Positions 1 to 9,196 of a DNA stretch of 64,000 nucleotides are shown piece by piece. Numbering within the stretch: position 1 is the first letter of the stretch; the number at the start of each line of letters is the position of its first letter. This DNA comes from Planctomycetota bacterium. Its GTDB lineage: Bacteria > Planctomycetota > B15-G4. The DNA is taken from positions 3,104,001 through 3,168,000 of the forward strand of contig CBDFJQ010000002.1 of assembly GCA_965248575.1 (NCBI GenBank). Direction: 5' to 3'. Below the pieces are notes generated by a model, which saw only the letters and a program-made list of their open reading frames with translations, ran no database searches and was not told where the DNA came from. Made by a program: the position numbers and the translations under genes.

Positions 1-701
1 CCCTCGTGGCTGGTGATGGCGTGGATGTCCCCGATGTCGAACCCAAGGTCCACGGCCCAACGCCAGACCCCTTGAAAGCCCTTGATGGAGACGGGGATCA
101 GGATGCACCAGGTGTTGATCAACACTTGCCTGAAGGTACGGATGATCTGCGAACCCACGAAGAAGGCGATGCCCATGTAGAACAGTGCGCGCACTTCCCA
201 GAGGGCGATGTTGATCACGCCGCCGCGACCGATGCCCATGGCCATGAACGTGGCGAACATCAACATCAAGGCAAACATCGGCCCTTGCAGCGGGCTGGAT
301 TGGAAGCGGATCTTGCGGGTCACCAGACCCGTGACGAACCACGAGGCGCCCACGGTTCCGAGCAGCACCTCCACCGGGTTGGTGGGCAGCGGAATGCCAA
401 TGGAGTTGTTGAAGTTCTCGAAGAAAGGCACCTGCAACGTCAGCGGCGTAGACACACCGAAGATCTGGTATTGCTCGAACAACAAGGTGCAGAAGAGCAG
501 CATCGAGAAGGTGGCCGACGGATGCGTGACGATGGCCAGCATCACGCCCAGGCCGATAGGCAAGGCCACGGGGAACAGGATGTTGCCGTTGGAAATCCAG
601 GCCACGACGCCCACGAGCATCCCACCCAAAGCCATGATGAGACCCCGGACCGCCATCTGCGGCCACTGGTCTTGCAGGTCATGGGTCCAGGTGGCTGACA
701 T
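1..701 (-). CDS. O-antigen ligase/Wzy-like polysaccharide polymerase (3'-truncated by window edge)
   Basis: Absent from the ORF track because it has no stop in the window. Hand translation from ATG at 701 gives MSATWTHDLQDQWPQMAVRGLIMALGG...ALWEVRALFY...IKGFQGVWRW...SHE, a multi-TM protein downstream of wza/wzc-like genes. Confidence 0.7.
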   Translation of the reverse strand, partial: MSATWTHDLQDQWPQMAVRGLIMALGGMLVGVVAWISNGNILFPVALPIGLGVMLAIVTHPSATFSMLLFCTLLFEQYQIFGVSTPLTLQVPFFENFNNSIGIPLPTNPVEVLLGTVGASWFVTGLVTRKIRFQSSPLQGPMFALMLMFATFMAMGIGRGGVINIALWEVRALFYMGIAFFVGSQIIRTFRQVLINTWCILIPVSIKGFQGVWRWAVDLGFDIGDIHAITSHE

Positions 702-710
702 CGTCCGGCC

Positions 711-845
711 CTAGAAGGTCAGGTACGCGAAGACGGTGTTGGCCAGGCACAGCACGGCATACGCGCCGACTGTCCAGCGGTTCAGTTCCTTGGCCTTGAA
801 GGCGAACATGAATGTGATGAACGCCCAGAGAAAGATCATCTTCAT
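711..845 (-). CDS. 44-aa hydrophobic small membrane protein in the EPS operon
   Basis: Hand translation MKMIFLWAFITFMFAFKAKELNRWTVGAYAVLCLANTVFAYLTF*. Preceded by AGGAG, and fills the gap between the kinase-like gene and the polymerase. Confidence 0.65.
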   Translation of the reverse strand: MKMIFLWAFITFMFAFKAKELNRWTVGAYAVLCLANTVFAYLTF

Positions 846-854
846 GGCACTCTC

Positions 855-1616
855 CTACATGAACTTCTGGAGCCAACCCGGGAGCCAGCGTTCGTGGTCG
901 TTGCAGGCCACACCCAGGAGCGGTAGATCGATGAAGGCGCGGTAGTAGGGCGCGAGGTCGGAGCGCTTCGTCTTGCCGAGCCGGACCACGGTGATCACCC
1001 CGTCCACGCGCTCGGCGGTCACGCGCGCATCCACGCCCGAGTCCATGGAGGTCGTGTCGATGATCACGAAGCGCCCCATGGCCTTGAGCTGCGTGAGAAT
1101 GTCCTCCAGCCGACCGCTCTGGAGCGCCTTGGTGCTGCTGTAACCCACGTTTCCCGGTTGGATCAGGGTCAGGCCCGGGTGCTCCGTGGGGCTCAGGATC
1201 GAGGAGACCGGGTCCCCCGGCTGGAAGTCACCGAAGCCGGGGCCTGGCTCCACATTCAGCAAGGTCGCCTGGGCCGGGTCGGTGAACGCCAGATCGATGA
1301 CCGTGATGGCCAACTCCGTGTCATTCGCCATGGTCAGGGCCAGGTTGGCGGCGATCATGGATCGACCCTCGCGCCGACAGGGCGAACAGATCGCGACCAC
1401 TCCGTCCTCCCCCACCTTCTCCACCGCAGCCAGATAGAAGCTGCGCATGTGTTCGATCAGGGCGCGGACCGCAATCTGCTTCCCGCGGGGCTGCGTGTTC
1501 TCGAAGTCCTCAGGGCTCAGCACGCGATCGCGCCGGAAACCGCGCGGCATCGTGTAGCGCTGAGCGCCCAGGAAGAGGCGGGGGATCGACAGCAGCAGCC
1601 TGGTGGCAAGCATCAC
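855..1616 (-). CDS. CpsD/CapB-family BY-kinase-like protein (degenerate Walker motifs)
   Basis: Motifs SPCRREGRSMIAANLA, VIDL, FVIIDTT and VDGVITVVRLGKT; follows the chain-length determinant. Confidence 0.8.
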   Translation of the reverse strand: MMLATRLLLSIPRLFLGAQRYTMPRGFRRDRVLSPEDFENTQPRGKQIAVRALIEHMRSFYLAAVEKVGEDGVVAICSPCRREGRSMIAANLALTMANDTELAITVIDLAFTDPAQATLLNVEPGPGFGDFQPGDPVSSILSPTEHPGLTLIQPGNVGYSSTKALQSGRLEDILTQLKAMGRFVIIDTTSMDSGVDARVTAERVDGVITVVRLGKTKRSDLAPYYRAFIDLPLLGVACNDHERWLPGWLQKFM

Positions 1617-1622
1617 GTCCCC

Positions 1623-3161
1623 CTAGGAGTGCATCTTGGGAATGGTGGCGAGAATGGCTTCGTCGAACACGAACACCATTTCCTCCTCGCGCACGATGGA
1701 CTGGTCGAGGAACTCGAAGACGAAGATCAACCCGAGCCCCATGATCAAACCGCCCATCAGACCGCCGATGACGATCATCAGCACGTTGGGCGCGTCATGC
1801 TTCAAGGGCACCTGGGCCGAGTCCAGGATCTGAAACCTGTTCTCCTGGCTCTGCAGCTCCACCTGTTGGCTCACGCGGGCGTGTTCCACCTTCGTGCGCA
1901 GCGTCTGGAACAACTCCTGGTTGATGGCCACCTCGCGTTCGATGGACTTGAGGGCCATCTCCGCCTGGGGGATCAGGGCCACCTTCTGCTCGAGCTTCTC
2001 GCTGATCGAGAGGTACTCGAGGCGTGTGAGCTGCGCCGATTCGAGATCCAACTGGGAATCCTGTAGCAGGGCCAGGATCTTCTGGAACGTCGGCGAGCGC
2101 ACCTCAGTGGTTTCCGAGGCGACATTCTCTTCCATCTCGTCTTGGCGAATCCGACCCACGGCGTCCAGGTCAGCCTTCTTGCGCAGCAGTTCCGGATGGT
2201 CCGGCTTCATGCGCACCTTCATCTCCTGGTACTCGATGCGCAGGTGCTCGAGGCGCTGCTGGATGGGCGAGATGTTCAGGAAGGAGGCCGACTCCACCAC
2301 CATCGGAGACTCCCCGCTCAGCCGATCTTCCAAGAGCCCGACCCGTAGCTCGAACTCCTTGATGTCCACGTCCGCCTTGGCGACCAGCTTCTTGTAGTCC
2401 TTGAGGTCGGACAGGTAGGCGTGGTGTCGGTCAGGCAGTTTGTCGGGGTTCTCTTCGCGGTAGATCTTCAGACGGTTTTCGGCGTGGCTCAGGTCCGCCT
2501 GGTAGGCGTCGAGCTGCTTCTGGATGAAGTCCACGGCGGAGGTTGCTTCCTTGCGGCCGCCCTCCAAGGACTTCTCGATGAAGAGCTCGGTCACCGTCTC
2601 GGTGATCTCCTTGGCCGCGACAGGGTCCCTCCAACTGACCTCGATGCTGAAGGAGTCGGCACCCACCGCGTTGGCTTTGATGCTCTCCTGCAACTTGACC
2701 AGCATGTTCTCCATCGCCATCGGATCCGCGTCGCCTTCGACGAGGTCCAGGCGGTTCACCAGCTCCGTGAGCAGGGTGTTGGAGTAGATGATCTTGTTGA
2801 AGGAGACGAGGTAGTCCGTGACACCGAGGCTCACGGCTGTCTGCCAACGGACCAGCGGGTTCAGGACCTCATCCCGCCCCAGCAGGATCGAGGTGCTGGA
2901 CTTGTAGGACTTGGGCGTCAAGGACGCCGCAAGGGCTGCGACCCCCGTGGCCAGGAGCACCGGCAGGACGATCACTCGCTTGCGGCGGAACAGGATCTCC
3001 AGCAGATACCTCAGGCTGAACCTCTGGTAGGTGGAGTCCACCCCGCTCTTGCGCACGGACGACTGCCCGACGTGCGGACCGCCCCGACGGTGACCAAGCC
3101 CACCAGCTCGCGTGGACGCGAGCTCGTGCTTCGGATCGACCTGTTCGTTCTCGTCGCTCAC
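1623..3161 (-). CDS. Polysaccharide chain-length determinant (Wzz/GumC-type co-polymerase)
   Basis: N-terminal TM then YKSSTSIL, long coiled-coil, and C-terminal ILDSAQVPLKHDAPN + TM + EFLDQSI. Confidence 0.9.
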   Translation of the reverse strand: MSDENEQVDPKHELASTRAGGLGHRRGGPHVGQSSVRKSGVDSTYQRFSLRYLLEILFRRKRVIVLPVLLATGVAALAASLTPKSYKSSTSILLGRDEVLNPLVRWQTAVSLGVTDYLVSFNKIIYSNTLLTELVNRLDLVEGDADPMAMENMLVKLQESIKANAVGADSFSIEVSWRDPVAAKEITETVTELFIEKSLEGGRKEATSAVDFIQKQLDAYQADLSHAENRLKIYREENPDKLPDRHHAYLSDLKDYKKLVAKADVDIKEFELRVGLLEDRLSGESPMVVESASFLNISPIQQRLEHLRIEYQEMKVRMKPDHPELLRKKADLDAVGRIRQDEMEENVASETTEVRSPTFQKILALLQDSQLDLESAQLTRLEYLSISEKLEQKVALIPQAEMALKSIEREVAINQELFQTLRTKVEHARVSQQVELQSQENRFQILDSAQVPLKHDAPNVLMIVIGGLMGGLIMGLGLIFVFEFLDQSIVREEEMVFVFDEAILATIPKMHS

Positions 3162-3164
3162 GTG

Positions 3165-4193
3165 TTACTCGGAGCCGGTGAGCCCACTCAGCTCATCCAG
3201 GACGAAGATGGTCGAGAAGGACGGTGACAGCTGACGCAAGACGTAGTTCAGCTTGGCCAGGCCGCGCTCGGGCACGAAGATGATGTCCTCGGGCTGCAAC
3301 GGGATGTTGGCCGTCAGGGCACCGTCCTCGTAAATCTGGCGCACATCCACGGTGAAGACGCGCACCTTGTCGCCCAAGCGGCGCAGGATGCGAACCTCGG
3401 TGATCACGGCGTCCTCTGTCATGCTGCCAGCGCTGGAAAGGGCCCGGAGCAGATCCAGGCCGCGACCCACAGGCACCATGCCGGGCTTGTTGACTTCGCC
3501 GAGCACATGCACGATGCGCATGGTGTTCTCGGGCAGGAACAGGACATCGCCGGGCCGCAGACGCACGTTGAGCATCATGTTGCCGCCGCGCAGCAAGTCG
3601 TCCAGGTTGATGCGGATCACCGTGTCGTCGCCGCGCGTGATCGTCAGGCCAGAGCGGTCGGCCACGGGCGTGAAGCCCTTCGCGAGGCTCAGCGCCTGGA
3701 GCAAGGTCGCCTGGCTCTCGAGCTTGTACTCACCGGGCCAGTTGAACGCGCCGAGCAGGAACACGTTGTTGTTGTTGAACTCGTCCACGATGATCGTGAC
3801 GCGCGGATCGATGTAGTGCGCTTCCATCAGCTCTTCGAGCATCCGCGCGGCACCGTCGCGGGTGTAGCCAGCCATGGTCACGCCGCCGAAGAGCGGCAGG
3901 GTGATGTCCCCGTCGGGGCCGATGCGGTAGGTGCCACTGACGTTGGTATCACCCCACATGCGCACCTGCACCACGTCACCCGGCCCCAGCGCATATTGGT
4001 ACCGATCCAGGAGCTCATCCTCCTCCGGCAGGACCGAAGGAGGCGTCTCGATGCTCAGCACCTCCTCATTGACCACCCAATCGGACAGGGCGATGTCCTG
4101 GTGGATCAGCGGATCCTCGACACTGGACGCACAGGACCAGAGCAGGCTCGCCAACGCCAGATACAGCGGGAGTAGGGACAGGCTGATACGCAT
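3165..4193 (-). CDS. wza: Polysaccharide export lipoprotein (Wza/Poly_export + SLBB repeats)
   Basis: Lipobox LLWSC; YALGPGDVVQV, IGPDGDITLPLFG, LRPGDVLFLP, VLGEVNKPG. Start placed at ATG 4193. Confidence 0.85.
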   Translation of the reverse strand: MRISLSLLPLYLALASLLWSCASSVEDPLIHQDIALSDWVVNEEVLSIETPPSVLPEEDELLDRYQYALGPGDVVQVRMWGDTNVSGTYRIGPDGDITLPLFGGVTMAGYTRDGAARMLEELMEAHYIDPRVTIIVDEFNNNNVFLLGAFNWPGEYKLESQATLLQALSLAKGFTPVADRSGLTITRGDDTVIRINLDDLLRGGNMMLNVRLRPGDVLFLPENTMRIVHVLGEVNKPGMVPVGRGLDLLRALSSAGSMTEDAVITEVRILRRLGDKVRVFTVDVRQIYEDGALTANIPLQPEDIIFVPERGLAKLNYVLRQLSPSFSTIFVLDELSGLTGSE

Positions 4194-4493
4194 CGATCTC
4201 GCTCTCTCTCTGTGCCGGAGGTCCATCGTGGACCCAGTCGGCGAGCAGGATTCCTCGCTCGCCTATCGGTCTCGGGGCTCGCAGGGGTTGAGCAGCAACA
4301 CATGCGTAATCGCCTATGGATTCAACGTTTACGACGGTGCAGATCCATGCGTCGTGCCCAACGCCTGAGCTGGGCGGCCTTTCCATCAGGTCTCGGCGCG
4401 CGGCTGCCGATGCAAGACCACCGGTCTTTCTCGGATGGCGTGGCGGAATCAGCCCGCGCCTCCCGCAGCCCAGCCCTCGCACCTGTTCACGCC

Positions 4494-5300
4494 ATGGTCC
4501 TTGCAACGCAAACCCAACCGGCCGCCGAAGAGCGCCTTCCCACGGTGATCCTGGGCGGTGTCCCGGTGACCCGGCTCGGGCTCGAGCCCACCCTTTCGGT
4601 CTTCGCCGATTGGTTGCAGGACGCCGGCTCCTGTCGGCGGGTGGCCACGGCCAATCTCGACTTCCTCGAGATCGCGGCGGGGAACGACGCCCTGCGCCAG
4701 TGCCTCGCGACGGCGGACATCGTGACCGCCGACGGCGAACCGCTCATCTGGCTCTCGAAGTTGCGCGGACAACCCATCGCCGAACGGGTTGCTGGGGCCG
4801 ACTTCGTTCCCATGCTGGTGAGCGAGGCCGCACGACTCGGCAAGAGCGTCTACTTCCTCGGAGGCGAAGACGGAGTGGCCGAGGAAGCCATCGCCGTCCT
4901 GCGCGAGCAGGACCCCGGGCTGAAGGTCGCTGGGCACTCGTCACCGATGGTCGACCTGGATGACGAAGCCGCCTGCCAAGCCATTGCCGACGACGTCGCA
5001 GCCAGCGAGGCCGACCTCGTGCTGGTGGCCTTCGGTTGCCCCAAGCAGGATCTCTTCATCGAACGCTATGTCGACCGCATGCAGTGCCGGATCGCCGTCG
5101 GCGTGGGCGGCACCTTCAACTTCATTGCCGGCCGCATCAACCGCGCGCCTGCCTTCATGCAGAAGTCAGGCCTTGAGTGGATCCACCGGCTGGCCATGGA
5201 GCCGCGCCGTCTCATCGGTCGCTACTACCGCGACGGCATGTGCTTCTTGCGGCTCGGAGCGACGATTATCCTGAGCCGATCATTCAGCGTCAGCTTCTAG
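4494..5300 (+). CDS. WecB/TagA/CpsF family glycosyltransferase
   Basis: Motifs VATANLDF, ADGEPL, ERVAGADF, GCPKQD, VGVGGTF, GLEWIHRL..EPRRL..RY. Start uncertain (4410 or 4494). Confidence 0.9.
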   Translation: MVLATQTQPAAEERLPTVILGGVPVTRLGLEPTLSVFADWLQDAGSCRRVATANLDFLEIAAGNDALRQCLATADIVTADGEPLIWLSKLRGQPIAERVAGADFVPMLVSEAARLGKSVYFLGGEDGVAEEAIAVLREQDPGLKVAGHSSPMVDLDDEAACQAIADDVAASEADLVLVAFGCPKQDLFIERYVDRMQCRIAVGVGGTFNFIAGRINRAPAFMQKSGLEWIHRLAMEPRRLIGRYYRDGMCFLRLGATIILSRSFSVSF

Positions 5301-5314
5301 GACCAGGCTGGCGC

Positions 5315-5914
5315 TCAGTAGGCCGTCTTCTGCTGGTGGCCGAAGCAATCGGCCTTGCCGTCGACCTGCACACCGCGCCCGAAGAACAACTCGCGTTCGG
5401 TGAGGTCGTCGCCGTAAAGGTGCAGGGAAATCGCGCGCTCGGTGCCCACGTTGCGCACCCGGTGCACCTCCGTGTCCTCGCCCGAATTGTCCCCGGTCAA
5501 ACCGGAGCGAACCACGCTCCGGCGGACTTCGCGTACCTGGAAAGGCGCGCTGCCATCATTCTCGATGATCGCGTAGTCGGTGAGCTCGAGCGAGCCCTCG
5601 AGAATGCCGAAGACGCACCAGGTGTCGTGATCGTGGATGGGGGTCACGGCGCCGGGCTCCCAGAGCAGGACGACCACGGTGAAGCCCAGCTCTTCGTCCG
5701 TCACCACCTGGTGCCGGCGATACTTGCCCGGGAGCCGCTTGTCCGGGTCCGACTCGCGCCACATGGCATCGAGGTCACAGCCCATGACAACGGCCTCGGA
5801 GATGGCGCGCCGCCCAGCCACGACAAACTGCTCGAAACCCTGCGCCTTGGGGCAAGCGCTCCGCAGGGACTCGGAGACGGCGGTCGTCAGGCACGTGGTT
5901 TTCTGCTCTTGCAT
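5315..5914 (-). CDS. Cysteine dioxygenase family (cupin) protein
   Basis: WEPGAVTPIHDH..W, VHRVRN and AISLHLYG give the 3-His iron site pattern. Confidence 0.85.
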   Translation of the reverse strand: MQEQKTTCLTTAVSESLRSACPKAQGFEQFVVAGRRAISEAVVMGCDLDAMWRESDPDKRLPGKYRRHQVVTDEELGFTVVVLLWEPGAVTPIHDHDTWCVFGILEGSLELTDYAIIENDGSAPFQVREVRRSVVRSGLTGDNSGEDTEVHRVRNVGTERAISLHLYGDDLTERELFFGRGVQVDGKADCFGHQQKTAY

Positions 5915-5974
5915 GGCTGCGGAGTGTAGCACCGGAGGCTGGGCTGAGAAGGCCCCGCCACAACCCGGGATGAG

Positions 5975-7450
5975 CTAGCGCCGGGGACCGATGTTCGTTC
6001 GCAGGAAGTGCGAGACGTCCAACCCCGCCACCACGAGTGCCCTGAGATGGTCCATGCTGCGCACCCGCTTCAAGGACCTCCACGCGAACTTCGGCGACAT
6101 GTAGAAGCTGCGCAGGAATCGCTTCTGAACGCCCACCAGCTCTTCGGACGAAAAGTGGGTGAAGCGCCAGGGAGGGAGCCCCGGGTAGTAGCCGTAGTGG
6201 GCCCAGTCAGGGCGCCCGTCAGCCGTCAGGTCCAGGAAGTCCCGCTCCTTGCACACGTTCCAGAGCTCCGTCCCCGGATAGGGACACGCAATGGTGAAGG
6301 TCAGGAAGTCCGGCTCGATCTCCCGGGCCAGGCGGCGGGTGAGCTGCACCTCGGCCGGAGTCTCGTCCACATGGCTTCCGATCATGAGGTAGGCAGTGCG
6401 CAGGATGCCCACGCGCTTGGCCTCGGCAAACACCGTCACCACCCGATCGCGGGTGACGAGCTTCTGGTTCAGCTCCAGGATGCGCTCGGATCCGCTTTCG
6501 ACGCCGAAGTCGATCTTGTTGCAACCGGACGCCGCCATGAGTTCGAAGTGTTCGCGCTGCAATCCATCCACGCGCGCGTTGCAACTCCAGCTCAGGTTCC
6601 GATGCAGGAGACCCTCGGCGAGGTCTTCCAGGTAGCGCAAGGTGGGCGGGAAGATGTCGTCCTCGAAGTTGAGGTGGTTCACCCCGCGCGCGGTCAACTC
6701 ATCGATCTCTTCCAGCACCCGTTCGACGGAACGACGACGGATACCAGGCCGAGCCCGCTCACCCCACACCAGGTTGGTGCTGCAGAAGACGCAGCGCGCG
6801 TAGCAACCCCGTGACAGATGCACCTGCGCAGCGCGGATGCCCTTGCGCACGATGCCTGGGCTGGCCACCCCCTTCGAGCCCGCCATGCGTTCGTAGGCGC
6901 TCCAGTCCAGCAGGTCTCGGTCGAGGGGCGCGAGTTGGTCGAGATCGTCGAGCGGGTCGCGCCAACCGGTGAAACCGCCGTCCCGCAAATGCAGGCCGGG
7001 GATGGCCGACAGGCGGTCGCGACGCGTGCTCCGCCGGCCCGACTCCAAGGCATGACACAGAGCGACCAGCGACTCATCCCCCTCGCCGACACAGATGGCG
7101 TCGAGTTCGGGAATCTCGTCGAGCAGGTCTTCTGGCAGGGCCGTAGCGTGCGGGCCGCCCGCGATGGTGAAGAGGTCCGGGTTGACCGCGCGCGCTTCAC
7201 GCAACATCAGGGCCGCACCGGGAACATGGGGCGTGACCACGGACACCCCCACCAGCTCCGGCTGCCAGCTTTCGAGCGCCGGCCGCAAGGCGTGGAGGCC
7301 TCCCTCAGCCACTTCCAGGTCCAGCACCTGCGCCTCGTGCCCCCGGGCGTTCAGCTCGCTCGCCAATCCCACCAGATTCGTGGGGTGCTGCAGATTCTGG
7401 CGGCTCATGCGGCCCAGAATCGACGGCGGACGGACGAGAAGAACCTTCAC
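5975..7450 (-). CDS. B12-binding-domain radical SAM protein
   Basis: N-terminal cobalamin-binding region (GGPHAT, GEGD); SRGCYARCVFC (CxxxCxxC); FGVESGS; PYPGT. Confidence 0.9.
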   Translation of the reverse strand: MKVLLVRPPSILGRMSRQNLQHPTNLVGLASELNARGHEAQVLDLEVAEGGLHALRPALESWQPELVGVSVVTPHVPGAALMLREARAVNPDLFTIAGGPHATALPEDLLDEIPELDAICVGEGDESLVALCHALESGRRSTRRDRLSAIPGLHLRDGGFTGWRDPLDDLDQLAPLDRDLLDWSAYERMAGSKGVASPGIVRKGIRAAQVHLSRGCYARCVFCSTNLVWGERARPGIRRRSVERVLEEIDELTARGVNHLNFEDDIFPPTLRYLEDLAEGLLHRNLSWSCNARVDGLQREHFELMAASGCNKIDFGVESGSERILELNQKLVTRDRVVTVFAEAKRVGILRTAYLMIGSHVDETPAEVQLTRRLAREIEPDFLTFTIACPYPGTELWNVCKERDFLDLTADGRPDWAHYGYYPGLPPWRFTHFSSEELVGVQKRFLRSFYMSPKFAWRSLKRVRSMDHLRALVVAGLDVSHFLRTNIGPRR

Positions 7451-7615
7451 GGTGGGCTTCGCACGGGGAACGGAGCGAGTGGGTGGCCGTCGCGATCATC
7501 CGCTGCGGCACACCAAGGACGCGAGGATATCAGGCGATCCTGCACGTCGCTGCGGCGGGAGTCGTCCGTTTGGGCCGGGAACTGCGTTTTCCAAGGCACC
7601 CCGAGGAGAAAACCC

Positions 7616-9139
7616 ATGCAGAGATCCCACGCCACCCATCTTCGGATGCTGACCTCAGCTCTTCTGCTGGGCTCCATCTTCGTGGGCCTGTCCTCCGTCG
7701 CACAAGCACATGGCTCACGCTGCTACCAGTTCCCATCGGATGTCGACCCTACATGCACAGGGTCCATGGTGGCGCCACCCATCAACCCGGGCCCTGTCTC
7801 GAAGCCCGCCGAAGACGCCCGTCTGGACGCTGTCCGAACTGACATCGCCGAACGGCGCTTCGCAGCCGCAGAACGCACCCTGTGGGCCATGAGCGAGGAG
7901 ATCGCGCTCTCGTCCACGGATGACATCAGCGTGCGTGTGCTCCTGGGTGGGCTGCTGCTCGATAGCGGTCGACCTGCTGACGCTTTGGAGATCGCCACGC
8001 CTCTCGACCTCGTGGACACCTACGACGCGCAGCTCCTGCTCGGACGCGCGTACACGGCCACTGGACACGACCTCGCGCAACAAGGCGCCGCCGCCGAGGA
8101 CGTGAGCTTCCACCACGAGCTCGCACTCGCTCCCTTGGAACGCGCGGTAGAACTCGCCCCGGCCGGCGACGGCACGGCAGCCGTGGATGCACTCAACGTG
8201 CGCCTCTACACCCTGGGCGACGTCAACGGCGCCTTGGCCTTCGCCGACCAGCTGCTGGAGAACGCCTTCGCCACCACCGAGGGCGCGATCGACACGCAAG
8301 CCAGCGGTGCAGGCGAAGTCCAGCTCCTGCGCGGCTGCGCCCGGGGCTACGCCTACTGGGACGCGGCCCAGTCCGGCGATGCAGACTCCGCCAAACTCCT
8401 CTGGCAACGGGCCGTGGACGACCTGCGCGCTGCCCAGACGCGGCTCGCCGACGAACGCAGCGAACCCTGGATCCAGCTTGCGTGGCTGGGGCTGCAAGAA
8501 CAGGGAGACATCGACCAGGCTCTCGCGGATGCCCGGGAAGCGGCGCTCCGAGGTGCCCCCGCCCCGCTCCTGGACGTGGCCTCCGTCAGCGCCGGCCGGG
8601 GCCTGAATGAGACGACCGCCCAAGCCCTGCTGAGCCTCGTGGAGGGATCGGCCCAGGGACAAGACCTCTCGCTGCTGGTGGGCGCACGAGACGACCGCCG
8701 AGCGCTCAGCGAACGCCTCTCTTTTGCCGTGCTCAGCAGTGACTCGACGCTCGAGCAGGCGCGCAGGATCCACGCCGCCCTGAGCGCGGCCAGCACGGAG
8801 AGCGGCGCTGTCTGGAACAACTACGCCCTGCTCTGCCGCGACACAGGCGCCTACACCGAGTCCTACAAGGCATACGTTCAGGCGCTGCAGATCACGGGCC
8901 CAGACCCGCGGCTGCTCAACGACACGGCCCTCGTGCTGCACTACCACCTCATGGGTGAGGACGCCGAGCTGGCGGCACAGGCTCGCGGCCTCTACCTCCA
9001 GGCCATCGACCTGGCTCAGCAGACCCTCGCGGAACAGCCTGTCGACCCCGGCCAGAAGCAGGATCTCGAGAGCGCCCTCACAGACGCACGCAACAACCTC
9101 GCCCTGCTGGATGCCCAAGCGGCGGCACCCGGGGACTGA
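7616..9139 (+). CDS. Secreted TPR/alpha-helical repeat protein
   Basis: GAGGAG RBS before ATG 7616; signal peptide ending VAQA; TPR-like VWNNYALLCRDTG..Y..AL and LLNDTALVLHY. Confidence 0.7.
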   Translation: MQRSHATHLRMLTSALLLGSIFVGLSSVAQAHGSRCYQFPSDVDPTCTGSMVAPPINPGPVSKPAEDARLDAVRTDIAERRFAAAERTLWAMSEEIALSSTDDISVRVLLGGLLLDSGRPADALEIATPLDLVDTYDAQLLLGRAYTATGHDLAQQGAAAEDVSFHHELALAPLERAVELAPAGDGTAAVDALNVRLYTLGDVNGALAFADQLLENAFATTEGAIDTQASGAGEVQLLRGCARGYAYWDAAQSGDADSAKLLWQRAVDDLRAAQTRLADERSEPWIQLAWLGLQEQGDIDQALADAREAALRGAPAPLLDVASVSAGRGLNETTAQALLSLVEGSAQGQDLSLLVGARDDRRALSERLSFAVLSSDSTLEQARRIHAALSAASTESGAVWNNYALLCRDTGAYTESYKAYVQALQITGPDPRLLNDTALVLHYHLMGEDAELAAQARGLYLQAIDLAQQTLAEQPVDPGQKQDLESALTDARNNLALLDAQAAAPGD

Positions 9140-9196
9140 GCGCACCCCGAAACGGTGCCCTTCACGACGGCGCGTCGAGCAGTAGACTTCTCGGCC

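Noticed and set aside
6818..7615. Long N-terminal extensions of track ORFs (also 17117-17701, 34832-35806, 45618-46379, 51867-52184)
   Set aside because: They overlap other real genes; internal starts with an RBS, -10 box or ATGA coupling fit better, so these are not true fusions.
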